The notes under the pieces were generated by a model. That model was not told the origin of the DNA, ran no database searches, and saw only the letters and a list, made by a program, of their open reading frames with translations. Source: the human T2T-CHM13v2.0 reference genome, Homo sapiens. Taken from it: a DNA stretch of 64,000 nucleotides. Made by a program: the position numbers and the translations under genes. How positions within the stretch are numbered: position 1 is the stretch's first letter; every line of letters begins with the position of its first letter. The stretch lies in NCBI RefSeq assembly GCF_009914755.1, contig NC_060947.1; one strand, written 5' to 3'. Shown here in pieces: positions 26,949-40,249 of this stretch.

Positions 26949-28478
26949 CTTTTTTTTTTTCTTTTTCATATCTGTTTTATTTCAGCCCTCTAAGAAAGTT
27001 AATTTTCTAACACTTCCCTTTGACAAGTTATCTTCTTCACTCCCTTGGTTGTCATTGTGTACCATTTTCTCTTCCACTAAATATTCACAGCCATTTTCCT
27101 CCTTTGTGGGGGGCCAGTCCTAGTGATATTTCCCAGCCTGATCTTTTTTTTTTTCTGTTTATTCAGCATCTTTTTTGGTTAATGGAAACAGCTTAGGAAC
27201 ATTTATAAATGTGGTTCGACATTCCAATCTGTTTCCATAATCCTTTTTGACTTCTCTCAAGTAAGCAAGTGATGGCTAAGTGTTTCCAGGCCTGCGGACA
27301 TTTTCCTGAGGATATCCTGAGGGAAATGTGGAATCTTCTTGGGCTTTTCCTGAAATTCAGCTCATGAGCTCCCAAGAATGCCTGCTGCAACCATGCACAT
27401 GGAGTCTCCTCATCTGAAAATAACATTAGACACACTCAGACTGAATTGCCTGCTCATGGAAATGTTTCATCTTCATCTTTGGCAGGAAACCAGGTGATTC
27501 ACACAAAGACAGGTCCTAATTAATCACTGGCAAGACCCAATCTCTCTAGCCAATTATATGACTTGCCAATTATTTTGCTTTAAAGCCTTATAAATCAAAT
27601 AAATGTGCTTCTTCCCTCCTTCTCCCAGTTCCTGTTTTTTCCTGCCTTCCTGTAACCTCTTCCCTTCTTAGGGAAGCCACTTTCTTATCTATTATATAAT
27701 TCTGTGGAAGAAAAATCTCTTTCAATTAGCGTTTGAACATGTCTTCCATGCACATACCTGCACACATGTTGCCATTGGTTAAATGTTGTGGAACTATCAG
27801 AATGATGTCTGTAAACTACAGACTATCCTAATCTTGTTGGATATTTGAGTGTGTTTATAGGTGTACTAGCAAATTTTAATGAGCCCTGATAGCATCAATA
27901 TGAACACGTTGCCAGAATTATTCTAACACGTGTGAACTAACATGTTCACGCTTCTACTGCTTCTAACAGGCATAACCTTAAACCCATGAATTTCTATTTT
28001 TAAAGGAGTCTGTGGATGTTTCCTGTATCACATGACAGAAACATAGATGCTGTATCATAGCATCTGGTAAGCATTGACGGTAAGCCATGTCACGTCCTTA
28101 GTTGCAGCTGCTCCTCGAACAGGAATTGGCTTCTCTCCAAGTATTCCGTGAGGAGAATATGCTGGTACTGCTTTGACACTGAAGACGTCTCACTGAAAAA
28201 AAAAAAAAAAAAAAGTATATATATATTTAAGGTTTTGCCAAGGAAACAAAATATTCAGGGAAAAAAATGATTGCTTGAAGTCCATAAGATCATTTCTGCC
28301 TTTCATACAAAGGTCTGTGTTTTCTGTGGACATCCAGAATCGCAGCTAATGTCATAGAGAGATGCCTCTCCCATTTCCAAAGTGCTGCGGAGATATGCTT
28401 GCAAAAGATGCAGCAGTCCAGGGAGGGCATGTTGTTCTTCTGAATAGTCTTCTATCTATTTTCTAAGACACCTCTAGA

Positions 28479-28651
28479 GGACATTGGGAAATGTCTGGAA
28501 ACTTTTTGGCTATCACAACTGGGTGGTCCTACTGGCATCTAGTGGGTGGAGGCCCGGGATGGTGTTCAACAACCTACAGTGAACAAAACGGCCCCACCAC
28601 AGAGAATCATCCAGCCCCAAATTTCAATAGGGCTGAGGCTGAGAAACACTG
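28479..28651. mobile_element. MER20 (hAT-Charlie MITE), partial
   Basis: AATGTCTGGA...TCACAACTGG...CTACTGGCATCTAGTGGGT...GAGAAACACTG. Confidence 0.8.
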
Positions 28652-28669
28652 CCTGACCATGAGATTCTT

Positions 28670-28670
28670 C

Positions 28671-28713
<43 letters not shown>

Positions 28714-28771
28714 CATTTTTCTGTCATCTATCACACCTAACATCTATCCATATCTATCTGTCAGCTATCAC

Positions 28772-28814
<43 letters not shown>

Positions 28815-29440
28815 ATCTATCACATCTATGTAACTACCATCTATATTTATCATATCTATCAGCTATCATATTTATCTGTCATCTATCATCTGTCATGTCT
28901 ATCATCTACATATCTATTATCTATCATATATATCACCTATTTGTCTGTCATCTATCATATATATCATCTAACATATTTATCTATCTATAATCTATCATAT
29001 CTATCATCTATTTATCTGTCATCTATGTGTCATCTATCATATTTATCTATCATCTATCATATCTATCATCTATCAATCTATCATCTATCTGTGTATCTAT
29101 CATCTATTCATACATCACCTCTATCTACCTATCCATCTATCTATCCATCATCTATGTATCTGTCTACCCATCTATCATCCATCCATCTATCATTTACATC
29201 TATCAATCTATCTATAATCTATATTTCCATGTATCTATTTCTGTCTGTTTGTCGTCTATATACCTATCCATCTATTATCTATCCACTATCTATCATCATT
29301 ATTATTTATCTATCTATCATCCATCTATCAATCATCTATCTGTCTGGCATCTATATCTATTTATCAATTATCTATATCTATCTATCTATCTATCATCTAT
29401 CTATATCTATCTGGCTATCTCTGCCATTTATCTATCTATG
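28670..29440. repeat. (TCTA)n/(TCA) degenerate tract
   Basis: 770 bp of TCTA/ATC variants; source of the I/Y/L/S-rich ORFs. Confidence 0.95.
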
Positions 29441-29441
29441 A

Positions 29442-29652
29442 CAGTGGATTTCAAATGGGGGGAGTTTTCTCCCCAGGGCACATGGGGTAATATCTGAGGA
29501 CATATTCACTTGTCTCAGTGAGTGAAGGGGTGCTCCTGGCATCTAGTGGGTGGATCCCAGGGACGTTGGTCAACACCCTACAGTGCATAGGACAGCCCCA
29601 CCACAGAATCATCTGGTCCCAAATGTCTTGTTTCTCTTGTTGAGAAACCTTA
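29442..29652. mobile_element. MER20, near full length
   Basis: CAGTGGATTTCAAA...CCCCAGGG...CTGGCATCTAGTGGGT...GTTGAGAAACC. Confidence 0.8.
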
Positions 29653-30494
29653 GTCTAAAGCAAATATTTTTCAGTCAAGATTTTTAAAATTACAGTGGGA
29701 ATATATACATTTAAAAGAGTTTCTAAAAAGGCAAGTTAGTTGGGAGTAACATTTCTCAGACGTATGTTAAAATCATTAATCCATAATTTAGTTTTTAGAG
29801 TTTGCTCTTGACTTCTATTTCTATCTGGTTTGAAAAATAGAGGTCAATTAACTTATTTCAAGGGTATGGAAGGTTTTAATCCCCATTGTTTTTGAAGTTC
29901 ACTGAAGGAATATTTATTCTCCAGCTGAATAAATAACATCTAAAGTGGATCTGACATTTCAAGTCTGTTTCTGCCTTGGAAGCCACATTGCCCTTAGCTT
30001 GGGGCTCAAGAAAGGTGTGGGTCCTACTGAATCCTTCTGAGTTTGCTGTTTATAATATAACAAAGACTGGGGAAAAAAGCCCCACAAGTTCTGTTTTCCT
30101 ATGATGTAGAAAACAATAATCCCAGATATTTTTAAAGCCAAGTGTTGAACTGAAGAACATCATGGCTAATTTTATATTAGGGGTTGTAAAACAATGGGCC
30201 AGATTGGGTTAGAAGGCATACTAGCATGGTCTAAAAATGACAGAGGGATAGTCAAGGTTGAGTGCTGTGTGCACCCACCTTGCATTGCATCCTTTTGTCC
30301 TCTAACCCCACTTCCTCAAGCTGTCCACTAGGGTCCATTTCTCTTCTGATACCTTTCTGTCAGCACAGAAGCTGGTGCTGGAAGAACTCTAACCTCCAAT
30401 TCAGAAAGCCAGGTTCAGTCTCAGTTTTTCAATTAGCAATAATTGTTTTGTTTTGGTTTTTTTTCTTCAGAAAACATGTATTATTGCTCCTCCA

Positions 30495-31033
30495 GGGGCC
30501 AGACAGACTCTTAGATGGCTCCAGTAATGCTCATGTCCTGATATTTATGCTATTACATAATCGCCTCTCCTTGAGTGTCCGTGGGGTCCATGGCTTGCTT
30601 CTAATCAATCCGATATGACAAAGGCAATGGGATGTCCCCTCTGTGATTACACTACAGGAGATTGTGAGTTTCATCTTCCTAGCAGCCTCTCTGTGTTGAC
30701 TCTTTCCCTTGCTGGGTACGGTAAACAAGCTGCCATGTTGTGAGCTGCCCTATGAAGAAGTCAACATAATGAGGAATTAAAGGCAGTCTCTAGGAATGGA
30801 GATTCTCGGTCCAAAAACCTATGAGAATCTGAATCTTGCCAACAACCACATGAATTACCTTGAAAGTAGATTTTGCCCCATTTCAGCCTTCAGATGAAAC
30901 CCCAGCCCCAGGACATACCCCATTTGAATTGTACCAATTTTACCAACTCAAAGACACTGTGAGTTAAAAGACATATGTTTTATAAGCTTCTAAGTAGGTG
31001 ATAATTTGTTAGACAGCAATAGCTAACTTATAC
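30495..31033 (+). mobile_element. MLT1F/G-like LTR
   Basis: CCTTGAGTGT...CTTGCTTCTAA...GCTGCCATGTTGTGAGCTGCCCTATG...GCCAACAACCAC...TAATTTGTTAGACAGCAATAGCTAACT. Confidence 0.75.
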
Positions 31034-31558
31034 TTCATAAGTCAACATTCTATGAGAGCCTGAGACTGAAATAGGCACTGTCCCTTCTCTCAACACATTC
31101 AGATATTAGAAGTGGGGTTTGCAGACTGGCAGTGTGAATGATCTTGAGCAAGTTTATGAATTTCTCTGTGATTTCATATCCTCAGCTTTCCAAGAAGGAT
31201 GCCACCAGGTTTACAGAGATAAAGTATAATAAAAGTGCTTCAGAAAATGTAAAACTCACCACAAAGGAAAAGTTTGAAATTGTTTCAGTGGTTCTCTCTT
31301 ACCACTGTGAAATAAAAATCTGTATTGATGACTTCTCAACTGGTTCAAATTTTTTAATCTGTTTATTTCTTGAAAATCATACAATCTTGCCTTCAAAATG
31401 GTAAAGATTAATTAGAAAGGAAAAATAGCTAAGGGTGGAAAAGGCCACACATAAAGTTGCTTTTTTATTGTCTATTGATTATAAATAAAACTAGGGGATT
31501 CTTATCCTTGAGCATGATAGAACTATAGTGCTATATTTTGTTGGTGGCAGGATATATA

Positions 31559-31890
31559 CAGTTGTCTCTAGGTATCCATGAAGGACTGGTTCCAGGACCT
31601 CCTGTAGATACCCAAATCCACAGATGTTCAAGTTCCTTACATAAAATGATGTAGTATTTGCATATAATCTATGCACATCCTCCCATATACTTTGAATTGT
31701 CTCTAAATTACTTAAAATACTGAAAACAGTGAACATGCTACACAAATAGTGATTATACTGTATTGTTTGGAGAATAATGACACAAAAAAGCTTGTACATG
31801 TTCAACGTGGATGTGATATTTTTTCAAATATTTTCAATGGGCAGTTGGTTGAATCCGTGGGTATGGAACTCTTGGATATAAATCCAAATG
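31559..31890. mobile_element. MER2 (Tigger-derived TcMar MITE)
   Basis: TA|CAGTTGTCTCTAGGTATCCATG...GGTTCCAGGACCTCC...GTATTTGCATATAATCTATGCACATCCTCCC...GGTTGAATCC. Confidence 0.85.
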
Positions 31891-32699
31891 TACTCTTTCC
31901 TTTTCTTTAAATATAATGTATTTCTAGTGCATTGTGCTCAGTGAGGTTGCAATTGAAGGAGTCTGATATTACTATGATGAATTGTATTATGAAGGAATTT
32001 CCTGGGATAAACATGTGAATGGCAGAGTGGCAGGCTTAATCTAGGGAACCTAGAACACAATCTATTATGTATTTCAGGACATAAGCATCTGTCATAATGT
32101 TTACACTTGCAGGATCTGTTTACTATTTGCTTTCAGAAGAATTTTATATTTACGCTTGCAGTAAATCTGTTTACTATTTGCTTTCAGAATTGTGGACTTT
32201 TCTTTTTGCACATGCACCACAGAAAAACCAAGATGCTCCAATGCTGTCAGTAAAAGCAAGCCCAGGATAGGGAGATGTTGTCACTTTTAGGAGTGTGAAC
32301 TGAAGACATCCATATTCACATCTAGTTCGGCTCACTTGTCATCTGCATCTCTGGCACCAAGTTCTTTTCCCTCTGTGTGAGTATCAACAAAATGGAGATA
32401 GTAGCCAATAGATAATGTCTTCTGAATAAATAGATATGCACAATGTACTTAGGAAGAAGAGTCTCACATGTTGTCAGTCCTGTGTAAATGTCTTTATTGC
32501 TAATATTCTTAATCCGCAGTTTGTTTAAGAAAAGACACCACAAAGAATTCAATTTCTCTACTTTTGAGAGATGCAAGAAAACTCTACAAAATAAAAGTGA
32601 TAGCTTATTTACTTCTCTAATTTTTTTTACACCTCCTCAGCTTTCAAGTGAGGGATATATAGTTTTGCATGTGAAAGTGGTTTATAAGTTATAAATTCC

Positions 32700-32899
32700 T
32701 GTTCTATTGTTTGAATCCATCCCCTTAAATTCGTGTGTTGGAAGCTTCATCCCCGGTGCAATAGTGTTGGAAAGTTGGGCACAATAGGAGATAATTAGGT
32801 CTTGAGGGCTCTGCCTTCATAAATGGATTGTCATTATGGCGGAAGGGAGTTAGTTATCTCCAGAGCGGACTTGTTAGCTGGTTATAAAACAGTTTAGTG

Positions 32900-32943
<44 letters not shown>

Positions 32944-33165
32944 CTGTCTCTCTCTCTCTCTCTCTCTCCCCCCCCAGCCTGTGCCTGTTCTCTTTTTCTT
33001 ATGCTTTCCACCATGGGATGGCATAGCAAGAATGCCTTCACCAGACACAACCCCCTCACCCTTGGACTTCCCAGCCTTCAGAACTGTAGGAAATGAATAT
33101 CTATTCTTTCCACATTACCTCCATCTCAGATACTCTGTGATAGCAGTACAAAATTGACTAAGACA
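32700..33165 (+). mobile_element. MST (MSTD-like) MaLR LTR with internal (TC)n
   Basis: GAGGGCTCTGCCTTCAT...CCTTGGACTTCCCAGCC...TAGCAGTACAAAATTGACTAAGACA. Confidence 0.8.
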
Positions 33166-33334
33166 TCCTAGAAACTGGGGAGATTGAAGTCCTGTCTGTG
33201 TGATATCTCTGTTGCATGAGATCAATTACTGAAGTCAAGTACACCCAGTAAGTCTATGTTGGAAAAACTCAGTGATCTGTTCTTACACTGCATCTTACTT
33301 GAGCAATCTCTAAGTGACCGTGGACACACTGGTT

Positions 33335-33437
33335 GGAGGACCACCCATCCTGGTATGCCCATAACTGTCCTGGCTTTAGTCTTGTGTCCTGGGAACCCCA
33401 TTAGTCCCAGGCAAATGGGGATGATACGTTACCCCAC
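33335..33437. mobile_element. MER81/MER94-like hAT-Blackjack fossil
   Basis: GACCACCCATCCTGGTATGCCC..ACTGTCCTGG...TCCTGGGAACCCC..AGTCCCAGGCAAA. Confidence 0.55.
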
Positions 33438-33439
33438 AC

Positions 33440-33950
33440 AATGGGTCCCTCCCTCTTTTTTGGTTTTGTGTTCATTTGATTTCAGGACACTGACTCTTCT
33501 TGCTTTTCTACTAATACAGTTTACACACCTTCAGTCTTATCTTCCAAATCTCCTCAATGTCATCCTACTCTTGAAGAGTCCCAGGCTCAGCCTGTTCTTT
33601 TCTATCTTTGCTACTCCTTAGGGGAACTATGTAATCTCATGTCTTTAAATATTTTCGTTGGCCAACAACCCTCAAATTTATATCATTAACTTTTATTCCT
33701 CTGCCAAACTCCAGACTTGCATATATTCAACCACCCACTTCAACACCTCCACTTAAGTGCTTAGTGGACACATCATTTATATCCTTGTTCATGGACATCT
33801 CCAATTCAGCATGTCAAGAACTAAACCCCTGGCCTACCTTTGAAAATGTCTCCCTTCCACCCTTCCCCATTCTCTGGTCAAATACCTGGAATCAATATTC
33901 ACTCTTCCCTTTCACATCCATCAATGAAGAAATGTTATTAGTTTTACTGT
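33440..33950 (+). mobile_element. L2 fragment
   Basis: CTCAAATTTATATC...AACTCCAGACTTGCATATATTCAAC...CACCTCCACTT typical of L2. Confidence 0.6.
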
Positions 33951-33951
33951 C

Positions 33952-34446
33952 TCTATTAGTTTCGTAGGGATGTCATAACACAGAGCCACCAATTGAGTGG
34001 CTTAACACAACAGAAATCTATTATCTTGCAGTTTTAGAGGCCAGATGTCTGAAATCAAGGTTGTAGCAGGATTATGCTCACTTCAGAGGCTCTGGGGGAG
34101 AATCCTTGTGGAGGCTGTAACGGGGAATCTGCTCCATGCCTCTCTCCCAGCTTCCAGAGCCTGCTGGAAATCCTTGGTATCTGTCTGTTGGCTTATAGAT
34201 CATCACCCACCCTAGTGTCTGCCTTCACCTTCACATGGTACTCTCTCTAGGTGCGCATTTCTCTGTGTCCAAGTTTCCCACTTTTCTAAGGACATCAGTC
34301 ATATTAAATTAGGTGCTCACCGTGCTCCAGTATAACTTAGTTATGTCTACAACAACTGTATTCCCAAATAAAGTCATATCCTTAGGCACAGGAGGTTGGG
34401 AATTTCATATATAAATTTGGTGGGAGATGCAATTTGACCCATAATA
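33952..34446 (-). mobile_element. MLT1C-like solo LTR
   Basis: GTGGCTTAACACAACAGAAAT...TCTGAAATCAAGG...AAGGACATCAGTCATATT...TTCCCAAATAAAGTCA. Confidence 0.8.
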
Positions 34447-34451
34447 CTATC

Positions 34452-34635
34452 ATAACCATTTTAAATTGTACAATTCACCAGCACTTTGGTGCCTGTACAA
34501 CATGATGCACCCATCACCATTATCTGGTTTCAGAACATTTTGATCACCCCAAAGCTGTACCTGTTAAGCAGTCACTCCCCATCCTCCTCTCCCTGCAACC
34601 CCTGCATAGCACTAATCTATTTTTTGTCTCTATGT
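34452..34635 (-). mobile_element. L1MB 3' fragment
   Basis: CCATTTTAAATTGTACAATTCA...CAGAACATTTTGATCACCCCAAA...TTAAGCAGTCACTCCCCAT. Confidence 0.7.
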
Positions 34636-34986
34636 TTAAAGGTACATTAAAGCAGGGTATTTCTAAGTAGGTTGTAGGCAAACACATGAGCAAATGAATG
34701 CCTGGTTCTATCTAGACAGTTTAGATCCCATATCGAGTTTGTAACGAAGTCCTCTTTGTGGGTTCTGTCTTTACAAACAGCCTAGGAAAACTTAAACGAC
34801 CTCACTCCTGGATCGTTAAGTATGTTGACTAGTAACTTGGATGACTGGATTTTACAGCAGGCTTTGTAAGCTCACCCAATTAAAACCAGCTGAAGAAAGA
34901 CCAATCTAGTCCCTTGAAAAAAATGAGATTTACATATCTCATAATGCAGGTGGGGTGCAGGCATAGTAACATAAGAAAATTCTGCT

Positions 34987-35235
34987 AGATAGAAAAACTA
35001 AGTTGTAGTGTCCAATAGTACACTAGAGAAAGTAGAATTAACAATAACTTATCGTATATTTCAAAATAGCTGGAAAAGAAGAATTTGAATGCTCCCGACG
35101 GAAAGAAAAGATAGACGTGTGAGGTTCTGGGCATCCCAATCATTCTGATTTGATCATTACACATCGTATTCCTGTATCAAAATATCCCATGTACCTCTGA
35201 AATAGGTACAACTATGATATATCAATTTTAAAGAA
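34987..35235 (+). mobile_element. L1MA 3' end
   Basis: TTAACAATAACTTATCGTATATTTCAAAATAGCT...TGATTTGATCATTACACAT. Confidence 0.8.
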
Positions 35236-35609
35236 TTAATTTAGAAAATAAATTTAAAACCTAAAAGAAAAAAAAGACTCTGAAGAGTCCCAGGGTTGCA
35301 AAGTCAGGGTTTTGTGCTGAGGGAGAAAAGAATATATCAGGGCAAAGCTCTGGTAAAAATCAAGAATTACTTAACTGTGTTCTCTGCTCACCAGACAATA
35401 ATAATCAAGAAATAATTATTTATCATTTGCAAATCTCCATCTTGCTCCTTTAGTATGATGGGAGATTTAATAACAACAGCGTTGTTTGCAACAGCATTCG
35501 TGTTTGCATTTAGAGCCTTGGTAGGATCTCACACATGCAAATAAACTCAATAATACATGTCACAGAAGAGATGAGCTGGCCATTTCCAAAGAAAAACCCC
35601 AAAACTTAA

Positions 35610-35735
35610 CCCATTTATGCTTGAGGTTACAATATTTTGAATTTTTGCAATCAGACCTTGGCGATGACCTGAGCAGTAGGATATAAATAACTCCGACGTG
35701 CTCAGCGTTCCATTGGAACGCTAGGCATAAATGGC
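35610..35735. mobile_element. MER85 (non-autonomous piggyBac/PGBD3 MITE)
   Basis: TTAA (35606-35609) then CCCATTTATGC TIR; internal GCAATCAGACCTTGGCGATGACCT; right TIR GCATAAATGG followed by TCAA. Confidence 0.9.
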
Positions 35736-38512
35736 TCAAAGCTATCACACATTTCATCTTCAGCTCAACATGTCCCTTACTTCATGGATATGCAGGCAAT
35801 AAACAGAAAATTCAGAGTTCCTGGAACACCAAACTAAAATGGGAACGTAGCAAAGGAATAGTTCCTTTTTCTCTGACTTCCTGCTGCTTTGTTGCTGGGG
35901 TTTGCAGTCAGAAAACTGGTTCTTCCTTTTCTTCCCTGTTGGATTTGACGATGGAATCAGATGGACTGCCAAGGTCAATATATATTAATATGCCACCATG
36001 GAATGTACTTTATGTTTCAGTGGATGTTGGTGCATTTGACGGTGTGGTAATGGAAATTGCCTTTAGAGAGCAATTGCTAGGGGCCAGGGAAAGAAAAGTT
36101 CAGTGACTCCAACGGCAAGTAGGATTAGAACAAATTCCTCTGGGCTGTGGCAATACCTTGGCTGCAGGGCATGGGGAAGTTGAGCATCTCTATAGCTTCT
36201 CAGCAACAGCAACACACAGATCAAGCTAAGAGCTAAGTTCCTATAATTGAAAGAGTGAAATTACGCAGCACAGTTTCTAAAATATGATAGAAAAAAGGGG
36301 AAAACAAAATCATCTTAGATCCCTTTAAAGAAGAATTTCTTGCAAAACAGTTTTACTCCTCATGAAAGAAGCAGTGGAATCAATCAGATAGGTATTCCTT
36401 TTTATGCTTTGCTTTGAGAAATGCCAAGGTTTTTCCATTTTATTATAGCACCCTGTAAAATTAAACTCAATTTCTGCAAATGGAGTGTCACTATTTCATC
36501 CACAGATTCATGAATATAACTGTAAATCATTTAGCATCTGAAGCATTCTTAAAAACCACCAACTAATCTATAATTTGGGAATATTAACCGATCCCTTTCT
36601 AAATTAGGTGAACGGAATTTCTTTTGGTGAACTCTGATGAAGCTTCTGAGAAAAACTTCTGGCCACAAGTTTACTACGTCTGTACTTCACCATTGTTTTC
36701 TTTCTCTGTGATTTTTTTGAAGTTCTTCATAAACTGAAGAACAAGTTGGAAGTTCACATGAGGTAAAATAAATATGGTGGTCATAATTTTCTAGCATCCC
36801 CAAACAAGATATGTTTCTTATTTACAAGGGTTGTGGCTAAACTGGATTTCCCTCAAGAGACTAGGCAACATCAACTCTATAATGCATTCACTTTTGTTCC
36901 TGGCTTTATAGTACTATTAAAATATTTTTATTGTCATGAAAATTGGGCCACCCTGGACAATGGACTTTGACTAACAAAGAAAATAACATCAAAGCAATGT
37001 CATTAAAATAAGTTTCTGTTTGCCTGACAGCTGCCTTTTATTAAAGCAAAGCTAAAATGATGGAGCTGTATGAGTGTATCATTGGATTACTTTATTTTTA
37101 AAGGAAAACATGTTATAAATTATGTCAACTTTCCTCAGAGCTAAGAAAATGGAAGCACATCAGGTAGATCATAATATGAGGACTATTTTAGAAGGAACGC
37201 TCTTTTGCATGTTTGTTTGTTTGTTTTTGCACAAACTGAAAGAGCAAACATTTCTTCAGAGGGCTGGGTGCTTTATGTCCTTATATTTTTTTCATGGGAT
37301 CCTCGCAGCAAACCAGTGTGTTCTCTTTCTTGTTCTTGGTTTTACAGGTGAGAAAGCTGAAATTACACAGGTAAGTGTCAAACCCCAGAGTTGAATCTAA
37401 ATGTGTGCCGCTCAGGGTTTGTCTAAAGTACTTTCCTGCCTGTGGAAACTACAGTATCCTTTCATTTAACTTGATTTTCAAAACAAATGTTACATAAGTA
37501 TGCATGCCCAGAAACATAAAAAAAACTGAAAATAAGATGTCCCCTGCTGACGTCTAATTCGATTAATGATTTTTATAGAGTGGATATATTGCTATCTATC
37601 CAGCAAGCCATCTTCTAGAACAACGGAAAGACAAGATGAGCTAAATCTCACAAAAGTGTCAAATGCATAAATTCTAGGGCTTGCTGACTGGGTTAAAGAT
37701 TTACACTGGGTGGGGTTGCCCAAGACAGAGAAGAATTGGGGCGGGGTTGTGGGTGCATAAATTTCTCTTAAGCTACTGCCTGAATGGGTATTACTTAGAA
37801 ACAAATCAATTTGTCTAATTTCTTCCAGACATTTCCTTGAACAAACAATATACTTCAATCTCCCCCCACTGACTCATCATCAGGCAGTTTGTTTATTTGC
37901 CTATTTAACTGGGTTTTCCCAAACAAAGGAGGGACCTTGCTATGCAAAGTCCTCTTCAGAAGTCGCATCCATTTTAGAAGACATGTGAAATAAAATGGAG
38001 AGAAAACGAAGGGCTGAGAAATCCTCAAAGCTGCATACATCTGGTTTTGATTTGGGTCTGTATTTTTCTTTCCCTCTGGTAGCTTTCGTTTTCAAAGCGG
38101 CCAGTGGGTGAAACATTTTAATTGATGCAACCCTTTTTCCAATGTCCTGGTGGTCATCCCTGAAACCGTGTCGCATGGTTCTCTAAAAATGCATCGATGA
38201 TAGAAACCCTCTGTCTCCTACTTTGTTCAGACGCTTGCAAAAATCTTTCTTAATTGATCCCACGTGTTGTAGTGTGGCTAAGGTATCAATATTTCATAGC
38301 ACTAAGACGGAACTTGGAGTAGTATCAGTTCCCCATTCCCCCAACCCCAGGCTTGACTTAGCATAGCAAGTTCTTTAGATTTGCAAGGAGTGCCCGAAAA
38401 GTCAATCAGTAAAAATAAATACAAGCTTTATTCAGTTTATACTGCATCTGAAATATTAATCTTTACAATAATTAGACTTAAGTTTTTCCTCTTCTCAAGC
38501 ACAGAGGGAAGC

Positions 38513-38845
38513 TGTCTTAGTTCATTTCAGGCTGCTGTAACAGAATACCACAGTCAGGGCTTATAAACAACAGGCGTTTATTGCTCACAGTTCTGGAGGC
38601 TGGAGGTCCAAGACCAAGGTGTGGCAGTTTCAGTGTCTGGTGAGGGCTTCCTGGTTCACAGACGGCACCTTCTCACTGTGTCTTCAAATGGTGGAAGGGG
38701 CGAGGGAGCTCTCTGGGGTGCATTTTATGAGGGCACTGATCCCATTCGTGAGGCTCCATGCTCATGACCTCATCACTTCCCCATGCCTCACCTCCTAGTA
38801 CCTTTGGAGTTAATGTTTCAAAATAGGAATTTGAGGAGATATGGA
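38513..38845 (-). mobile_element. MLT1A/MLT1A0 solo LTR
   Basis: TGTCTTAGTTCATTTCAGGCTGCTGTAACAGAATACCA...GAGGGAGCTCTCTGGGG. Confidence 0.88.
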
Positions 38846-38929
38846 CAAGCTGCAGGTATTCAAGACTATTACATTAATTTAGGAAGATAAATACAGGAAG
38901 GAATTTAAGTTTAGCTGCAAATGCATGTG

Positions 38930-38931
<2 letters not shown>

Positions 38932-38963
<32 letters not shown>
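38932..38963. repeat. (CA)n microsatellite
   Basis: Perfect CA run. Confidence 0.95.
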
Positions 38964-38965
<2 letters not shown>

Positions 38966-39137
38966 TACAAGTTTTCTCATTTTTTTCAAAGCTAGCTCCC
39001 CATAGGCAGAGATCTGCAGAAGATGGGGCTCTGGACTTGATAATGTGTTCTAATTCTCCCAAATGTTGCTTTATGAATTTGGATGCTATGCTACTAGCTG
39101 AAAAAAAGTTCAACATTTTTATAATCTTATTTTATAA

Positions 39138-39455
<318 letters not shown>

Positions 39456-39499
39456 TTTTTCCTTTCTTTTCTGCTTCTTGTTAACCAAACTACAGAAAT

Positions 39500-39720
39500 G
39501 TTGTATTTACTTACTATGTTATTTTTTTCTCCATACCTTTGATCTTGGCCTTTTTCTGTTTGGGCCTTCAGACCCTTGGAAACAGCAAAGACCTGGATTT
39601 TTTTCAATCTCATCTGAGAGTTCATGTCTACTAAGATATATTTTCAGGCCATTTATATTTATTACAGTTGATAACAGTTTTACAATGTATTTCTTGTCTT
39701 CAATTTTATACATTCTATTA
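39500..39720 (-). mobile_element. Ancient L1M ORF2 endonuclease-domain remnant
   Basis: ORF 39519..39725 peptide VININGLKIYLSRHELSDEIEKNPGLCCFQ resembles the L1 ORF2p N-terminus (TLNVNGLN..IKRHRL..WI..QDP..CCIQE). Confidence 0.6.
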
Positions 39721-39999
39721 ACCATTCATTTTCTTTGTTTCGATAATTTCTATTTTCTGATACCTAAGTGGGGTTTTTTTAAAAGTTTTTTTTCTTTTTT
39801 GAGAAAGCTGTTTTCAGTTTGTATTCTTTTACGGACTGGCAATAAATTTAATATGCATAGTAACATTCACAGGAAATAAAATAAAGCTAATATTTATACT
39901 CTCCTTCCAAACAAAGAAATAACTTGTTTTAGCTCTGACCATTGCATTTTTCTCCTACAAGCTATTGTGACCTTTAATTTTAGTTCCACCTTCCTTTTA

Positions 40000-40200
<201 letters not shown>

Positions 40201-40249
40201 CTAGTTTTGATTTAACTCCGGTTCCTCTATTTTTCTGATGACCAGTAAT

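Noticed and set aside
28491-29497. 316-aa ORF, the longest in the window
   Set aside because: MER20 sequence running into (TCTA)n; low-complexity artefact.
37340-37380. Apparent splice donors CAG|GTGAGA and CAG|GTAAGT
   Set aside because: They lie in a probable decayed MIR, with no clear associated exon or ORF.
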